64,000 nt of DNA from positions 162,676 to 226,675 of the forward strand of contig JAWLBL010000010.1 in assembly GCA_041687695.1 (NCBI GenBank), read 5' to 3'. The translations under genes and the position numbers were made by a program. A model generated the notes under the pieces. That model had not been told where the DNA came from, did not search any database, and was given only the letters and a program-made list of their open reading frames with translations. Shown here piece after piece: positions 30,187 to 41,733 of the stretch; the first letter of the stretch is position 1, and every line of letters starts with the position of its first letter. The stretch comes from Myxococcota bacterium (GTDB lineage Bacteria; Myxococcota_A; UBA9042; PHBI01; JAWLBL01).

Positions 30187-31470
30187 TCAAAGACCTGCGC
30201 GGGTCGTGGCGCGCGCGTGGACCTGGCGCGCGGCGACCCAGGTCTCACGGACGGGGTTGTGGCCCATCAGGTAAGGGATGTGGCGCCACCCGGGCGCCTC
30301 GCAGACGGCCAGGTCGCAGGGCGCGCCAGGGGCCAACGTGCCAGTGCCGTCGGTCAGGCCGAGGGCGCGGGCGGCGTGGCGCGTGATGCCCAGCAAGGCC
30401 TCGTGCGGCGCGAGCCCCAGGTACACGCAGCCCAGCGTGGCCATCAGCGGCAGGTGCCGCGACGGACACGTGCCCGGGTTGCAGTCGGTCGACAGCGCGA
30501 CCGGCACCCCCGCGTCCAGCAGGCGTCGGGCCGGCGCGCGGTCCCGGGCGCCCAGGAACACGGCCGCGCCCGGCAGCAGGACCGCCACTGTGCCGTGCTC
30601 GGCCATGGCGGCGATGTCCTCGTCCTCGGCGCGCTCGAGGTGGTCGGCGCTCACGGCGCCCAAACGCGCCGCGGCGGCTGCGGCCCCCGTGCGCGTCAGC
30701 TGCTCGGCGTGCACCTTGAGCCCGAGGCCGAGCTCGCGGCCGCGATCGAGGATGCGCAGCGTCTCGTCGAGCGAGAATGCGCCGGTCTCGCAGAACACGT
30801 CGACGTGCCGCGCGAGTCTCAGGCGCGCCGCCTCGGGCAGCAGCTCGTCGGTGACCAGGCGCACGTAGGCCCCGCGGTCGCCCTTGAACTCGTCCGGCAC
30901 GATGTGGGCGCCGAGGACCGTCGGCACGATCCGCGCGAGCCCCTCGTCGGCCAGGCGGCGCGCCACCTCGAGGCACTTGAGCTCGTCGGCGACCGTCAGC
31001 CCGTAACCCGACTTGATCTCGACCGTCGTCACGCCGTGGGCGACGAGGTCGAGCAAGCGGGGCCGCGCCAGCTCGACCAGCTCGTCGCGCGAGGCGGCCC
31101 TCGTCGCGCGGACCGTCAGCCGGATGCCGCCGCCCCGCGCAGCGACGGCCTCGTAGCTCTCGCCGGCGCAGCGCGCCGCGAAGTCCTGGGTGCGGTCGCC
31201 AGCGTAGACCAGGTGCGTGTGCGCATCGACCAGTCCGGGCAGAACGACCGCGCCCTGGAGATCGACGACCCGCTGTCCGGGGCGCCGCGGCGCGTCCGAG
31301 GCGGCGCCGACCCAGGCGACCCGGCCGTCGTCGCCGGCGAGCACAGCCGCGTCCCGCAGCAACCCCAGCGCGCGTTCGCCCGCGTCCTGGACCGCCGTCG
31401 CCCCCGAGCGAGCCAGCGACGCGTCCATGGTGAGCAGCTCGGACAGGCCGACGAAGAGGGTCTCGGGCAT
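30187..31470 (-). CDS. hutI: Imidazolonepropionase
   Basis: PGLVDAHTHLVYAG, GVTTVEIKSGYGL, DVFCE, KVHAEQL, SADHLE and STDCNPGT. Confidence 0.95.
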   Translation of the reverse strand: MPETLFVGLSELLTMDASLARSGATAVQDAGERALGLLRDAAVLAGDDGRVAWVGAASDAPRRPGQRVVDLQGAVVLPGLVDAHTHLVYAGDRTQDFAARCAGESYEAVAARGGGIRLTVRATRAASRDELVELARPRLLDLVAHGVTTVEIKSGYGLTVADELKCLEVARRLADEGLARIVPTVLGAHIVPDEFKGDRGAYVRLVTDELLPEAARLRLARHVDVFCETGAFSLDETLRILDRGRELGLGLKVHAEQLTRTGAAAAAARLGAVSADHLERAEDEDIAAMAEHGTVAVLLPGAAVFLGARDRAPARRLLDAGVPVALSTDCNPGTCPSRHLPLMATLGCVYLGLAPHEALLGITRHAARALGLTDGTGTLAPGAPCDLAVCEAPGWRHIPYLMGHNPVRETWVAARQVHARATTRAGL

Positions 31471-31514
31471 GCCGCGCATTGTAGGGGGGGCCGGCGCCGT
31501 GGTAAACGCCCCGC

Positions 31515-32588
31515 GTGCGCCTGCCCCACCCGCTCCTGGCTCTCGTCCTGCTCGCCACTCCCGCTTCGGGCGTGGTCGTGGCCTGCGCGGCTGCGCGGCC
31601 CGCCGATCTGGTGATGCGCGAAGGCATCGTCCTGCAGCAGCAGGGCCGCGCGCTGCCGGCCGCCGAGCGCTACCGGCAGGCGCTGCGCCTGTCGCCCAGC
31701 GTCCCCGGCGCGTACAACAACCTGGCGCTCATCGCCCTCGGGCGCGACGAGCTGACCCGCGCGGTCGCCCTGCTCGAGGAGGAGCTCCAGCGGCACCCGG
31801 CCTCGCCCCAGGCCGCGCTCAACCGCGCCCTGGTCCTGGTCCGGCTCGGCGACTTCGCGCGGGCGGAGGCCGAGGCGACGAAGTTCGCCGCGCTCGCGGG
31901 CGGGCTGCCCGAGCAGGATCCCGAGCGCCTGGCGAGGCAGCGCCGGGCGCGCGTCATCGTGGCGCTGGCCCGGCTCGGCGCCGAACGCCCCGCCGCCGAG
32001 GTCGCCACCCCGCTCGAGGCCGCCCTGTCGGGGGCCGAGGCGCCCGACGATCCGGTGCTGGCCGCCGCGCGCCGGGCGCTGTTCCTGGTGCACGCCGGCC
32101 AGGGGGCGCCGGAGGCGGCCTTGGCGACCGGCGCCGCGCTCGACGCGCCCGACGATCAGCTGCTGCGCGCCGCCTTGTTGGCGCGCCTCGGGCGCTACGA
32201 TCAGATGTTGTCACTCGTCGACGCCGTGAAGCCGGCCGACGACGCCGACCCCTACCCGTCTCTGCTGCGGACGCATGCGCTGGTCGCGCTCGGGCGCGAC
32301 GCCGAGGCCGCGGCCGCCCTGGGTCGGCTGCGTCTGGACGAGGCCTCGCCCTGGGCCGGCTGGAGGGCGCGGCTCACCGCCACGCTCGCGTCGCGGGCCG
32401 GCGACTGGACCGGGGCGCTCGCGGCGCTCGAGGCCGTCTCGGCGCCCTCGGCCGACCAGTGGCTGGACCGCGCCGTGGCGCTGGCGCACCTCGGGCGCGT
32501 CGAAGAGGCCCGGGTGGCCGTCGCGGGCGTGTTGCGCGACGCGCCGGACCACCCGCGCGCGCTGGCGCTTCGCGCGAGCCTCGAGTAG
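31515..32588 (+). CDS. Exported tetratricopeptide repeat protein
   Basis: Hydrophobic N-terminus; TPR-like AAERYRQALRLSP...AYNNLA. Confidence 0.7.
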   Translation: MRLPHPLLALVLLATPASGVVVACAAARPADLVMREGIVLQQQGRALPAAERYRQALRLSPSVPGAYNNLALIALGRDELTRAVALLEEELQRHPASPQAALNRALVLVRLGDFARAEAEATKFAALAGGLPEQDPERLARQRRARVIVALARLGAERPAAEVATPLEAALSGAEAPDDPVLAAARRALFLVHAGQGAPEAALATGAALDAPDDQLLRAALLARLGRYDQMLSLVDAVKPADDADPYPSLLRTHALVALGRDAEAAAALGRLRLDEASPWAGWRARLTATLASRAGDWTGALAALEAVSAPSADQWLDRAVALAHLGRVEEARVAVAGVLRDAPDHPRALALRASLE

Positions 32589-32632
32589 GCGGCCCGCCGG
32601 CGCCCCGCCCAACGACGAGGCGCCCCGCAGGC

Positions 32633-33700
32633 TCAGGCGATGAGGCGGTAGGTCTCGCGCGCGAGATCGGCGCGCTGCGCGTCCGTCGCGCCCTCGTCCA
32701 CGCTGACCACCTTGGCGTCGCGCCAGGCGCGCTCGACGGGGAAGTCCTCGGTGTAGCCGTAGCCGCCGAAGATCTGCAGCCCCTCGTCGGTCGCCAGCAG
32801 CGCCGCGCGCGCCGCCATCAGGCGGGCCACGCCCACCTCGCGCGTCGCCGTGCGCCCGCCGTCCAGCTTGGCAGCGGCGCGCCACGTCGACAGGCGCGCC
32901 GCGTCGAGCAGGGTCGCCGCGTCGGCCAGCTTGTGCTGGATGGACTGCAGCTCACCGATGGGTTGCCCGAAGGCCTTTCGCTCGAGCGCGTAGCGGCTGG
33001 CCTCGTCGAGCGCCATGCGCCCGAGGCCCACGAGGACGGCCGAGTTCAGCAGGCGGGCATAGTCACGCGTCGCGGCCCGCGCCCCGGTCGACCAGTGGTC
33101 GAACCGCTCGACGCAGGCGGCGCTGCGAGCCGAGAGGGTCCCCAGACCGGCGGAGCGCAGCCCCAGCGGGTGCGCGTCGGCGCGGCCCTCGAGGCTCGCG
33201 GCCTCGAAGACGGCCAGCCCGTCTCCGTCGACCGGCAGCACGAAGCGCTGGGCCCCCTGGACCTGCCCCACATGCCGGACATCCCCGCTGAAGCGCTGCG
33301 GGGCCTCGGTCGCCAGCCCGCCCGTCAGCGCCGGCGAGGCCAGCGTGGCGCCGCGCACCTCGCCCCCGGCGAGCGCGCGCGCCTCGGCCGACCCCTCGGT
33401 CGCTGATCGCAAGGCGAAGCCCGCCACCAGGTGGTTGGCCAGCGACCAGGCGAGTGACCCCGACGCGGCGGCCAGCTCCTCGAGCGCCAGCGTGGCCGTG
33501 ACCACGTCCAGGCCCGCCCCGCCCTGCCCTTCGGGAACGTCGACCCCGGTCAGCCCGAGCTGGGCCAGCTCGTCCCACGTCGCCGCCGGGAAGGCGCCCG
33601 CCTCGTCCCACGCCCCCGCGCGCGGCAGGACGCGGCTCCGGGCGAGGTCGCGCACGACCGCCTGCACCTGGCGCTGCTCGTCGTTCGGCTCGAACCTCAC
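32633..33700 (-). CDS. Acyl-CoA dehydrogenase family protein (divergent, shortened middle domain)
   Basis: [25 protein letters not shown] and [21 protein letters not shown]. The GTG start overlaps the upstream stop. Confidence 0.85.
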   Translation of the reverse strand: MRFEPNDEQRQVQAVVRDLARSRVLPRAGAWDEAGAFPAATWDELAQLGLTGVDVPEGQGGAGLDVVTATLALEELAAASGSLAWSLANHLVAGFALRSATEGSAEARALAGGEVRGATLASPALTGGLATEAPQRFSGDVRHVGQVQGAQRFVLPVDGDGLAVFEAASLEGRADAHPLGLRSAGLGTLSARSAACVERFDHWSTGARAATRDYARLLNSAVLVGLGRMALDEASRYALERKAFGQPIGELQSIQHKLADAATLLDAARLSTWRAAAKLDGGRTATREVGVARLMAARAALLATDEGLQIFGGYGYTEDFPVERAWRDAKVVSVDEGATDAQRADLARETYRLIA

Positions 33701-34140
33701 GACGCGTCCCGCCCCGAGGCCGCCAGCAGGTCGCCCGCCACGCGCTCGTCGAGGATGCGCCGCACGGCCGTCACGATGTCGGCCATCGCCGTCCCGGGCG
33801 TGAACACCTCGGAGACGCCGGCCTCCTTGAGCGTCACGATGTCGTCCTCGGGGATGATGCCGCCGACGAAGACCGCGATGTCGCCCGCGCCCTGCTCGCT
33901 CAAGAGCCGAAGCACATCGGGGACCAGGTGGTTGTGCGCGCCCGACAGGATGGACAGCCCGACCAGGTCGACGTCCTCCTGGATCGCGGCGCTGGCGATC
34001 ATCTCGGGCGTCTGGTGCAGCCCGGTGTAGATGACCTCGATGCCGGCGTCGCGCAGCGCCCGCGCGACGACCTTGGCGCCGCGGTCGTGCCCGTCCAGGC
34101 CCGGCTTGCCGATGAGGACCCGATATCGCCGTTCCGTCAT
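33697..34140 (-). CDS. Cobalamin-binding small subunit of an acyl-CoA mutase (methylmalonyl/isobutyryl-CoA mutase C-terminal domain)
   Basis: [12 protein letters not shown] (DxHxxG), GLSILSGAH and GGIIP. Confidence 0.93.
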   Translation of the reverse strand: MTERRYRVLIGKPGLDGHDRGAKVVARALRDAGIEVIYTGLHQTPEMIASAAIQEDVDLVGLSILSGAHNHLVPDVLRLLSEQGAGDIAVFVGGIIPEDDIVTLKEAGVSEVFTPGTAMADIVTAVRRILDERVAGDLLAASGRDAS

Positions 34141-34151
34141 GACTCGCTCCC

Positions 34152-35312
34152 CTACTGACCCAGCCGCGCGAGCACCTCGCGCGCGATGACCAGCCGCTGA
34201 ATCTCGCTCGTGCCCTCGAAGATGGTGGTGACGCGCGCGTCGCGCATCGCCCGCTCGGCGGCCAGCGCCCGCGTGACGCCGTCCAGCCCGCAGACCTCGA
34301 CCGCCGCCCCCGTGACGCGCTTGCACGCCTCGGTGGCGTACAGCTTGGCCATCGCCGCCTCGCGCGTGAAGCGGCGCCCGGTCTCGGCCGCCTGCTGCTT
34401 CATCCAGGCCGCGCGGTGCACCATCAGCTCGGCCGCCTCCAGCGCCGTCGCCATGTCGGCCAGCCGGTGCTGCACGCTGGCCAGCTCGCCCAGCGCCCCG
34501 CCCTGCTCGGTCGCCGCGTATCGCGCCGCCACGTCCAGCGCCGACCGCGCGATGCCACACGCCATCGCCCCGATGGTGATGCGCCCGCCGTCCAGCGCCG
34601 TCATGGCGATGCGGAAGCCCATCCCCTCGGCGCCGATGAGGTTGTCGGCCGGGACGCGGCAGTCCTCGAGCACCACCGGCACCGTGTTCGACCCCTTCAG
34701 CCCGGTCTTCTTCTCGGCCTTGCCGACCGCGAACCCGGGGAAGGTCGGCTCGACCACGAACGCGCTGATGCCCCGGTGACCCGTCTCGGGGCCGCTGGTC
34801 CGCGCCATGACGATGAGCACGCCCGCGTACGCCCCGGACGTGATCCACATCTTCGTGCCGCTCAGCACGTAGTGGTCGCCGTCGCGCCGCGCCGTCGCCG
34901 ACAGCGCCGCGGCGTCGGACCCGCTGCCGGGCTCGGACAGGCAGAAGGCGCCCGCCACGGCCTCGCCGCTGGTCAGCCGCGGGACGTACTTGCGCGCCAG
35001 CGCGGCCGGCCCGAAGCGGCTGAGCGTCTCGCCGACCATGTTGGTGACGCTCATGCCGACCGCGGTCGACGGACACGCGTAGGCCACCTCGGTCAGCGCC
35101 AGCGCCAGGGCCACCGGGCCGGCGTCCAGGCCGCCCAGCTCGGCCGGCGAGCTGAGGCCCAGCAGCCCGCGCTTGGCCAGCGCCTGGAAGGACTCGGTCG
35201 GGAAGCGGCCGGTCGCGTCCAGCTCGGCCGCCTTGGGGGCCAGCTCGGTCCGCGCCACCTCGCGCGCCAGCTCCTGGATGCGCCGCTGCGCCTCGTTGGG
35301 GGTCAGCTGCAT
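34152..35312 (-). CDS. Acyl-CoA dehydrogenase
   Basis: [25 protein letters not shown] and [10 protein letters not shown]. Confidence 0.93.
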   Translation of the reverse strand: MQLTPNEAQRRIQELAREVARTELAPKAAELDATGRFPTESFQALAKRGLLGLSSPAELGGLDAGPVALALALTEVAYACPSTAVGMSVTNMVGETLSRFGPAALARKYVPRLTSGEAVAGAFCLSEPGSGSDAAALSATARRDGDHYVLSGTKMWITSGAYAGVLIVMARTSGPETGHRGISAFVVEPTFPGFAVGKAEKKTGLKGSNTVPVVLEDCRVPADNLIGAEGMGFRIAMTALDGGRITIGAMACGIARSALDVAARYAATEQGGALGELASVQHRLADMATALEAAELMVHRAAWMKQQAAETGRRFTREAAMAKLYATEACKRVTGAAVEVCGLDGVTRALAAERAMRDARVTTIFEGTSEIQRLVIAREVLARLGQ

Positions 35313-35314
35313 CG

Positions 35315-36472
<1,158 letters not shown>

Positions 36473-36517
36473 GCTCTCGCCTCGGCCTGCTGGCCCTTGC
36501 TCTACTTGCCCGTGGCC

Positions 36518-37300
36518 CTACTTGCCCGTGAACGTCGGCTGGCGCTTGCTCAGAAAGGCGCCCGTGCCCTCGCGCATGTCCTCGGTCTTGAACATCGACC
36601 CGAAGAGCATCGCCTCGAACTCCATCCCGACCTCGAGGGTCAGGTCGTAGCCCCGGTTGAGCGCCCGCTTGGCCGCGCCGACCGCCAGCGGCCCCTTCTC
36701 GGCGATGCTCTGCGCGATGGCCCGCGCCCCGGCCAGCAGCTCGCCCTGCGGGTAGATGGCGTTGGCCAGCCCCAGCTGCAGCGCCCGCGGCGCGTCGACC
36801 AGGTCGCCCGTGAAGATGAGCTGCTTGGCCACCGCGCGCCCCACGATGCGCGCCAGGCGCTGCGTCCCGCCGAAGCCCGGGATGAGCCCCAGCTTCACCT
36901 CGGGCTGCCCGAAGCGCGCGTTGTCGCTGGCCAGGATGAAGTCGCAGGCCATCGCCAGCTCGCACCCGCCGCCCAGCGCGTACCCGTTGACCGCCGCGAT
37001 GACCGCCTTGGGCACCGCCTCGATGGCGGCCGTCAGGTTCTGCCCGAGGCGCGCGAACTCCTCGGCCTCCTCCTGGCTCATCGCCGCCATCTCGGCGATG
37101 TCCGCGCCCGCCACGAACGCCTTGTCACCCGCGCCCGTGATGATGAGCACGCGCGCGTCCTGGTCGTGGCGGAACTCGAAGAAGGCCCGCGACAGCTCGG
37201 TCAGCGTCTTGCGGTTGAGCGCGTTCAGGGCCTTGGGGCGGTTCACCGTCAGGGTGACGATGAAGTCCTCGCGCTCGTAGGTGATGTTGTCGTAGTGCAT
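36518..37300 (-). CDS. crt: Enoyl-CoA hydratase (crotonase)
   Basis: NRPKALNAL, AFVAGADI, ALGGGCELA and GQPEVKLGLIPGFGGTQRL. Confidence 0.93.
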   Translation of the reverse strand: MHYDNITYEREDFIVTLTVNRPKALNALNRKTLTELSRAFFEFRHDQDARVLIITGAGDKAFVAGADIAEMAAMSQEEAEEFARLGQNLTAAIEAVPKAVIAAVNGYALGGGCELAMACDFILASDNARFGQPEVKLGLIPGFGGTQRLARIVGRAVAKQLIFTGDLVDAPRALQLGLANAIYPQGELLAGARAIAQSIAEKGPLAVGAAKRALNRGYDLTLEVGMEFEAMLFGSMFKTEDMREGTGAFLSKRQPTFTGK

Positions 37301-37302
37301 GG

Positions 37303-38163
<861 letters not shown>

Positions 38164-38227
38164 CGGGTCCTCCGACTGAGACGTGCGCCGCCGGCGGGTG
38201 CGGGCGGCGCGGAGCGTCCGACCTGGG

Positions 38228-39406
38228 TCAGACGCGCTCGACGACGAGGGCGACCGCCTCGCCGCCGCCGAGGCAGATGCCGGCGCAGCCGTAGCGGCCG
38301 CCGGTCTGCTGGAGCGTGTGCAGCAGCGTGACGACGATGCGGTTGCCCGACGCCCCGATGGGGTGCCCCAGCGCCACGGCCCCGCCGCGCGGGTTCACCT
38401 TCTCCATGGGCAGCCCGAGCCGCTTGGCCACGGCCAGGCTCACCACCGAGAACGCCTCGTTGATCTCGAAGCTGTCCACCTGGTCCAGCGTGATGCCGGC
38501 CTTGTCGACCGCGCGCTGCATCGCGTTGGCCGGCGCCGTCGTGAACCACTCGGGCGCCTGCGCGTGCGCTCCGGTCGACACGATGCGCGCCAGCGGCTTC
38601 AGCCCCAGCGCGTCCGCCCGCTCGCGGCTCATCACGACCATGGCCGACGCCCCGTCGTTGATGCTCGACGCGTTCGCCGCCGTGACCGTGCCCTCCTTCT
38701 CGAAGGCCGGCCTCAGCTTCGCGAACTTCTCGGGCTTGCCGCGCGCCGGCTCCTCGTCGCGGGTCACGGTCGTCGTCTCGCCCCGCGGCCCGGTCACCGT
38801 CACCGGCGCGATCTCGGCGTCGAACAGGCCGTCGGCGATGGACGCGTTCGCGCGCCGGTAGCTCTCGGTCGCGTAGGCGTCCTGCTCCTCGCGCGAGATC
38901 AGGCACTCGCGCGCGCACAGCTCGGCCGCCGACCCCATGTGGTAGTCGTTGTACACGTCCCACAGGCCGTCGTGGATCAGCCCGTCGACCAGCTGCCCGT
39001 GGCCCAGGCGATACCCGTCGCGCGCCTTCGGCAGCAGGTACGGCACCTGCGACATGTTCTCCATGCCGCCGGCCACCACGATGTCCGCGTCGCCCGCCCG
39101 GATGATCTGGCTCGCCAGGATGATCGTCTTCAGGCCCGACCCGCACACCTTGTGCACCGTGGTCGCCCCGACGCTGCTGGGCAGCCCCGCGTAGATGGAC
39201 GCCTGCCTCGCCGGCGCCTGCCCTAGGCCGGCCTGCAGCACGCACCCCATCAGCACCTCGTCGACCTGGGCCCCGTCGACCCCCGCGCGCTCGAGCGCCG
39301 CCTTGATGGCGACCGCCCCCAGCCGCGGCGTCGACACCGACGCGAGCCCGCCGCCGAAGGCCCCGATGGGCGTCCGCGCCGCGCTGACGATGACCGCTTC
39401 ACGCAT
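38228..39406 (-). CDS. Acetyl-CoA C-acetyltransferase (thiolase)
   Basis: KVCGSG, NEAFS, GHPIGASG and CLGGG. AAGGAGG RBS. Confidence 0.95.
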   Translation of the reverse strand: MREAVIVSAARTPIGAFGGGLASVSTPRLGAVAIKAALERAGVDGAQVDEVLMGCVLQAGLGQAPARQASIYAGLPSSVGATTVHKVCGSGLKTIILASQIIRAGDADIVVAGGMENMSQVPYLLPKARDGYRLGHGQLVDGLIHDGLWDVYNDYHMGSAAELCARECLISREEQDAYATESYRRANASIADGLFDAEIAPVTVTGPRGETTTVTRDEEPARGKPEKFAKLRPAFEKEGTVTAANASSINDGASAMVVMSRERADALGLKPLARIVSTGAHAQAPEWFTTAPANAMQRAVDKAGITLDQVDSFEINEAFSVVSLAVAKRLGLPMEKVNPRGGAVALGHPIGASGNRIVVTLLHTLQQTGGRYGCAGICLGGGEAVALVVERV

Positions 39407-39578
39407 GATCGTGCCTCCTTGCGGGATCCTGACCTCGATGGCGGCCCGGTCCTTAGCACCCGCCTCCGCGGGGGTCAACGATGCCGGGCATGGCCCACGC
39501 GGGCGCCGCGCTCCGCTCGCCCCGACGGCGACGGACGGTTTTCTGGACGCGCCGGCCGCCCGGGCGACCATGGCCCCC

Positions 39579-40424
39579 ATGACCGCGCGCCAGCCCTTCA
39601 AGACACGCCTGCTCGCCCCCTTGTTCCTCGCGGGGCTCGCCCTGCCCTCCCCGGCCTGGGCCTCGCCGCCCTCGGGCCAGCCCGCGCCGTCGGCCGAGAT
39701 CTCGGCCCTGCGCCACCTCCGCACCGTCGTCCTCGACCCTGGCCACGGCGGCGACAACCGCGGCTGCCTCGGCGTCGACGGCACCTTCGAGAAGGTCGTG
39801 GTCCTGCAGATCGCCCAGCGCGTCGAGCGCATCCTGCTCGAGGAGACGTCGGCCGCCGTCCTGATGACCCGCCGCGAGGACCGCCCCCTGGGCCTGCGCG
39901 AGCGCACGCGCCTGGCCAACGCCTGGGGCGCGGACGTCTTCCTGTCGCTCCACGCCAACGCCGACCCGCTGGGACGCGGTCACGGCGTCGAGACCTGGTT
40001 CCTGAGCGCCGACGACGCCGAGCCCACCGAGGCCGCGCTGCGGCTGGTCGCCCTCGAGGAGGCCGGTGACGACCCCGAGGAGGTCGTCGACGCCGTCCGC
40101 GCGAGCGAGGTCGAGGCCATCCTGCGCGACGCCGCGCTGCACCAGGAGCGCGCGAGGTCCGAGGCGCTGGGAGAGGCGGTCGCGACCGCGATGCACAAGG
40201 CGACCGGCGCGCGCCTGCGCGGCGTGCACCAGGCGCGCTTCGGGGTCCTGGTCGAGGCCGAGATGCCGGCCATCGTCGTCGAGGCGGGCTTTCTGACGCA
40301 CCGCGACGAGGGCCTGGCCCTGCTCGAGCCGGCCTACCAGGAGCGCATCGCGCGCGCCATCGTCGACGGCCTGGTGGCGTTCGACCGCCGGCTCGGCGAG
40401 GGGCCGACGGTCTCCGCGCGCTGA
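39579..40424 (+). CDS. N-acetylmuramoyl-L-alanine amidase (Amidase_3)
   Basis: Signal peptide; LDPGHGG, EK, SLHAN and VVEAGFLT. Confidence 0.92.
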   Translation: MTARQPFKTRLLAPLFLAGLALPSPAWASPPSGQPAPSAEISALRHLRTVVLDPGHGGDNRGCLGVDGTFEKVVVLQIAQRVERILLEETSAAVLMTRREDRPLGLRERTRLANAWGADVFLSLHANADPLGRGHGVETWFLSADDAEPTEAALRLVALEEAGDDPEEVVDAVRASEVEAILRDAALHQERARSEALGEAVATAMHKATGARLRGVHQARFGVLVEAEMPAIVVEAGFLTHRDEGLALLEPAYQERIARAIVDGLVAFDRRLGEGPTVSAR

Positions 40425-40436
40425 ACGTCGGGCCGA

Positions 40437-40793
40437 CTACTCGCCCGGCGACGTCCGGTCGTCGCCCGCCCCCTCGAAGCCGGGCTCCTCGTCGTCCCCG
40501 AACTCGGGCTCCTCGTCGACGAAGGTGTCGGGCTGCGCGTCGATGAGGGCCTCGTCCTCGCGGACCTGGGCCACGATGGCCTGCACGTCGTCGACCCGGG
40601 TCGGGTCGGCGTACAGGTTCCCCCAGCCGTGCGGGATGGCCAGATCGAAGGCGTGCGAGACGTTCTCGACGACGCGGTAGGCGATGCCGGCCTCGTTGAG
40701 GGCCGCGCTGACCAGGTGGGCGTCGCCCAGGCTGTTCAGCTCTCCCACGAAGACGAGGTCGTCGAGCTTGTCCTGGCCGGGCTCATTCGCCAT
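40437..40793 (-). CDS. Small acidic protein, DUF2007-like (putative signal-transducing)
   Basis: AHLVSAALNEAGI pattern; GAGGAG RBS; acidic tail. Confidence 0.65.
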   Translation of the reverse strand: MANEPGQDKLDDLVFVGELNSLGDAHLVSAALNEAGIAYRVVENVSHAFDLAIPHGWGNLYADPTRVDDVQAIVAQVREDEALIDAQPDTFVDEEPEFGDDEEPGFEGAGDDRTSPGE

Positions 40794-40967
40794 CGGGGTA
40801 CTCCTCGAGGCCGCAGTTCGGTAGGTCGGGGTCGTCGGGACCCCCACGCGAGCGGAGCCAGCCGGCTCACGGGCGCGTATGGTTGAGGTGTCGGTGCTGA
40901 GGGGATGTTAAACACGGCGGGGCGGCCAGCGGAAGCCCTCACGCGCGCGCCGGGTGACGCCGCACGG

Positions 40968-41576
40968 TCAGAGCCCTTCGAGGTGGGCCGTGTCGTTGAT
41001 GCGTCGCACGCTGACGCCGCGCGGGCCGAAGCGCAGCTCGGACAGGCCGGTCGGGTCGAGCCAGAGGCCGCGGAAGGCGTCGAGCGGGACGGACAGCGCG
41101 CGGCACAGGGCGGTGATGATGGCGTAGCCGTGGCTGACGACCAGGACCCGCTGGCCGGCGTGGGCCTCGGCGAGCGCGGTCAGACGCGCCCAGAGGCGGT
41201 CCTGCACCTCGTGGAGTGTCTCGCCGCCCGGGAAGCGGCAGGCGCTGGGCGCGCGGGCCCAGTCGGCCAGCAGCTCGGCGTGGTCGGCCTCGGCCTCGTG
41301 GCGGTGCAGCCCTTCCAGGCAGCCGAGCGACAGCTCGCGCAGCCCCGGGTCGGTGTTCACCGCGAGCCCGCGCCCGTGGACGACGGTCTCGGCGGTGACC
41401 CGGGCGCGCGACAGATCGCTGGACCAGGCGGCGTCGAACGTGGTCGCCCGCAGGCGCGCGGCCAGCGCCTCGGCCTGGCGCAGGCCCTCGGCGGCCAGCG
41501 GCACGTCGGTGTGCCCCTGGTAACGGTGCGTCCGGTTCCAGTCGGTCAGCCCGTGCCTTACCAAGTATAGCTCCAT
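40968..41576 (-). CDS. Histidine phosphatase (phosphoglycerate mutase family)
   Basis: LVRHGLTDWN, SSDLSRA, LRELSLG and VSHG. Confidence 0.92.
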   Translation of the reverse strand: MELYLVRHGLTDWNRTHRYQGHTDVPLAAEGLRQAEALAARLRATTFDAAWSSDLSRARVTAETVVHGRGLAVNTDPGLRELSLGCLEGLHRHEAEADHAELLADWARAPSACRFPGGETLHEVQDRLWARLTALAEAHAGQRVLVVSHGYAIITALCRALSVPLDAFRGLWLDPTGLSELRFGPRGVSVRRINDTAHLEGL

Positions 41577-41733
41577 GCGGCGCACCTAGCACCCGGCGCC
41601 GGGCGGGGCAAGCCCCGGGCGCGCCCTCCCGGCCCTTGACCTCGCCCTCCGCCTGCGGTTTCGTTCGCGCCTCGCACGCGCGCTGGCGGATTCCGTCGCC
41701 GCCTCGCGCGCCGCGCCGAGAGGAGGAACCCCG

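Noticed and set aside
39453..39479. CIRCE-like TTAGCAC half-sites here and at about 8900
   Set aside because: The second arm GAGTGCTAA is missing. The sites are better explained as minus-strand promoter elements (TTGACC-17-TAAGGA for the thiolase; sigma54 site at 8902).
40794..40967. Structured leader, tRNA or riboswitch upstream of the DUF2007-like gene
   Set aside because: Short GC hairpins are possible, but there is no cloverleaf, T-loop context or recognisable riboswitch consensus; such hairpins are expected by chance at this GC content.
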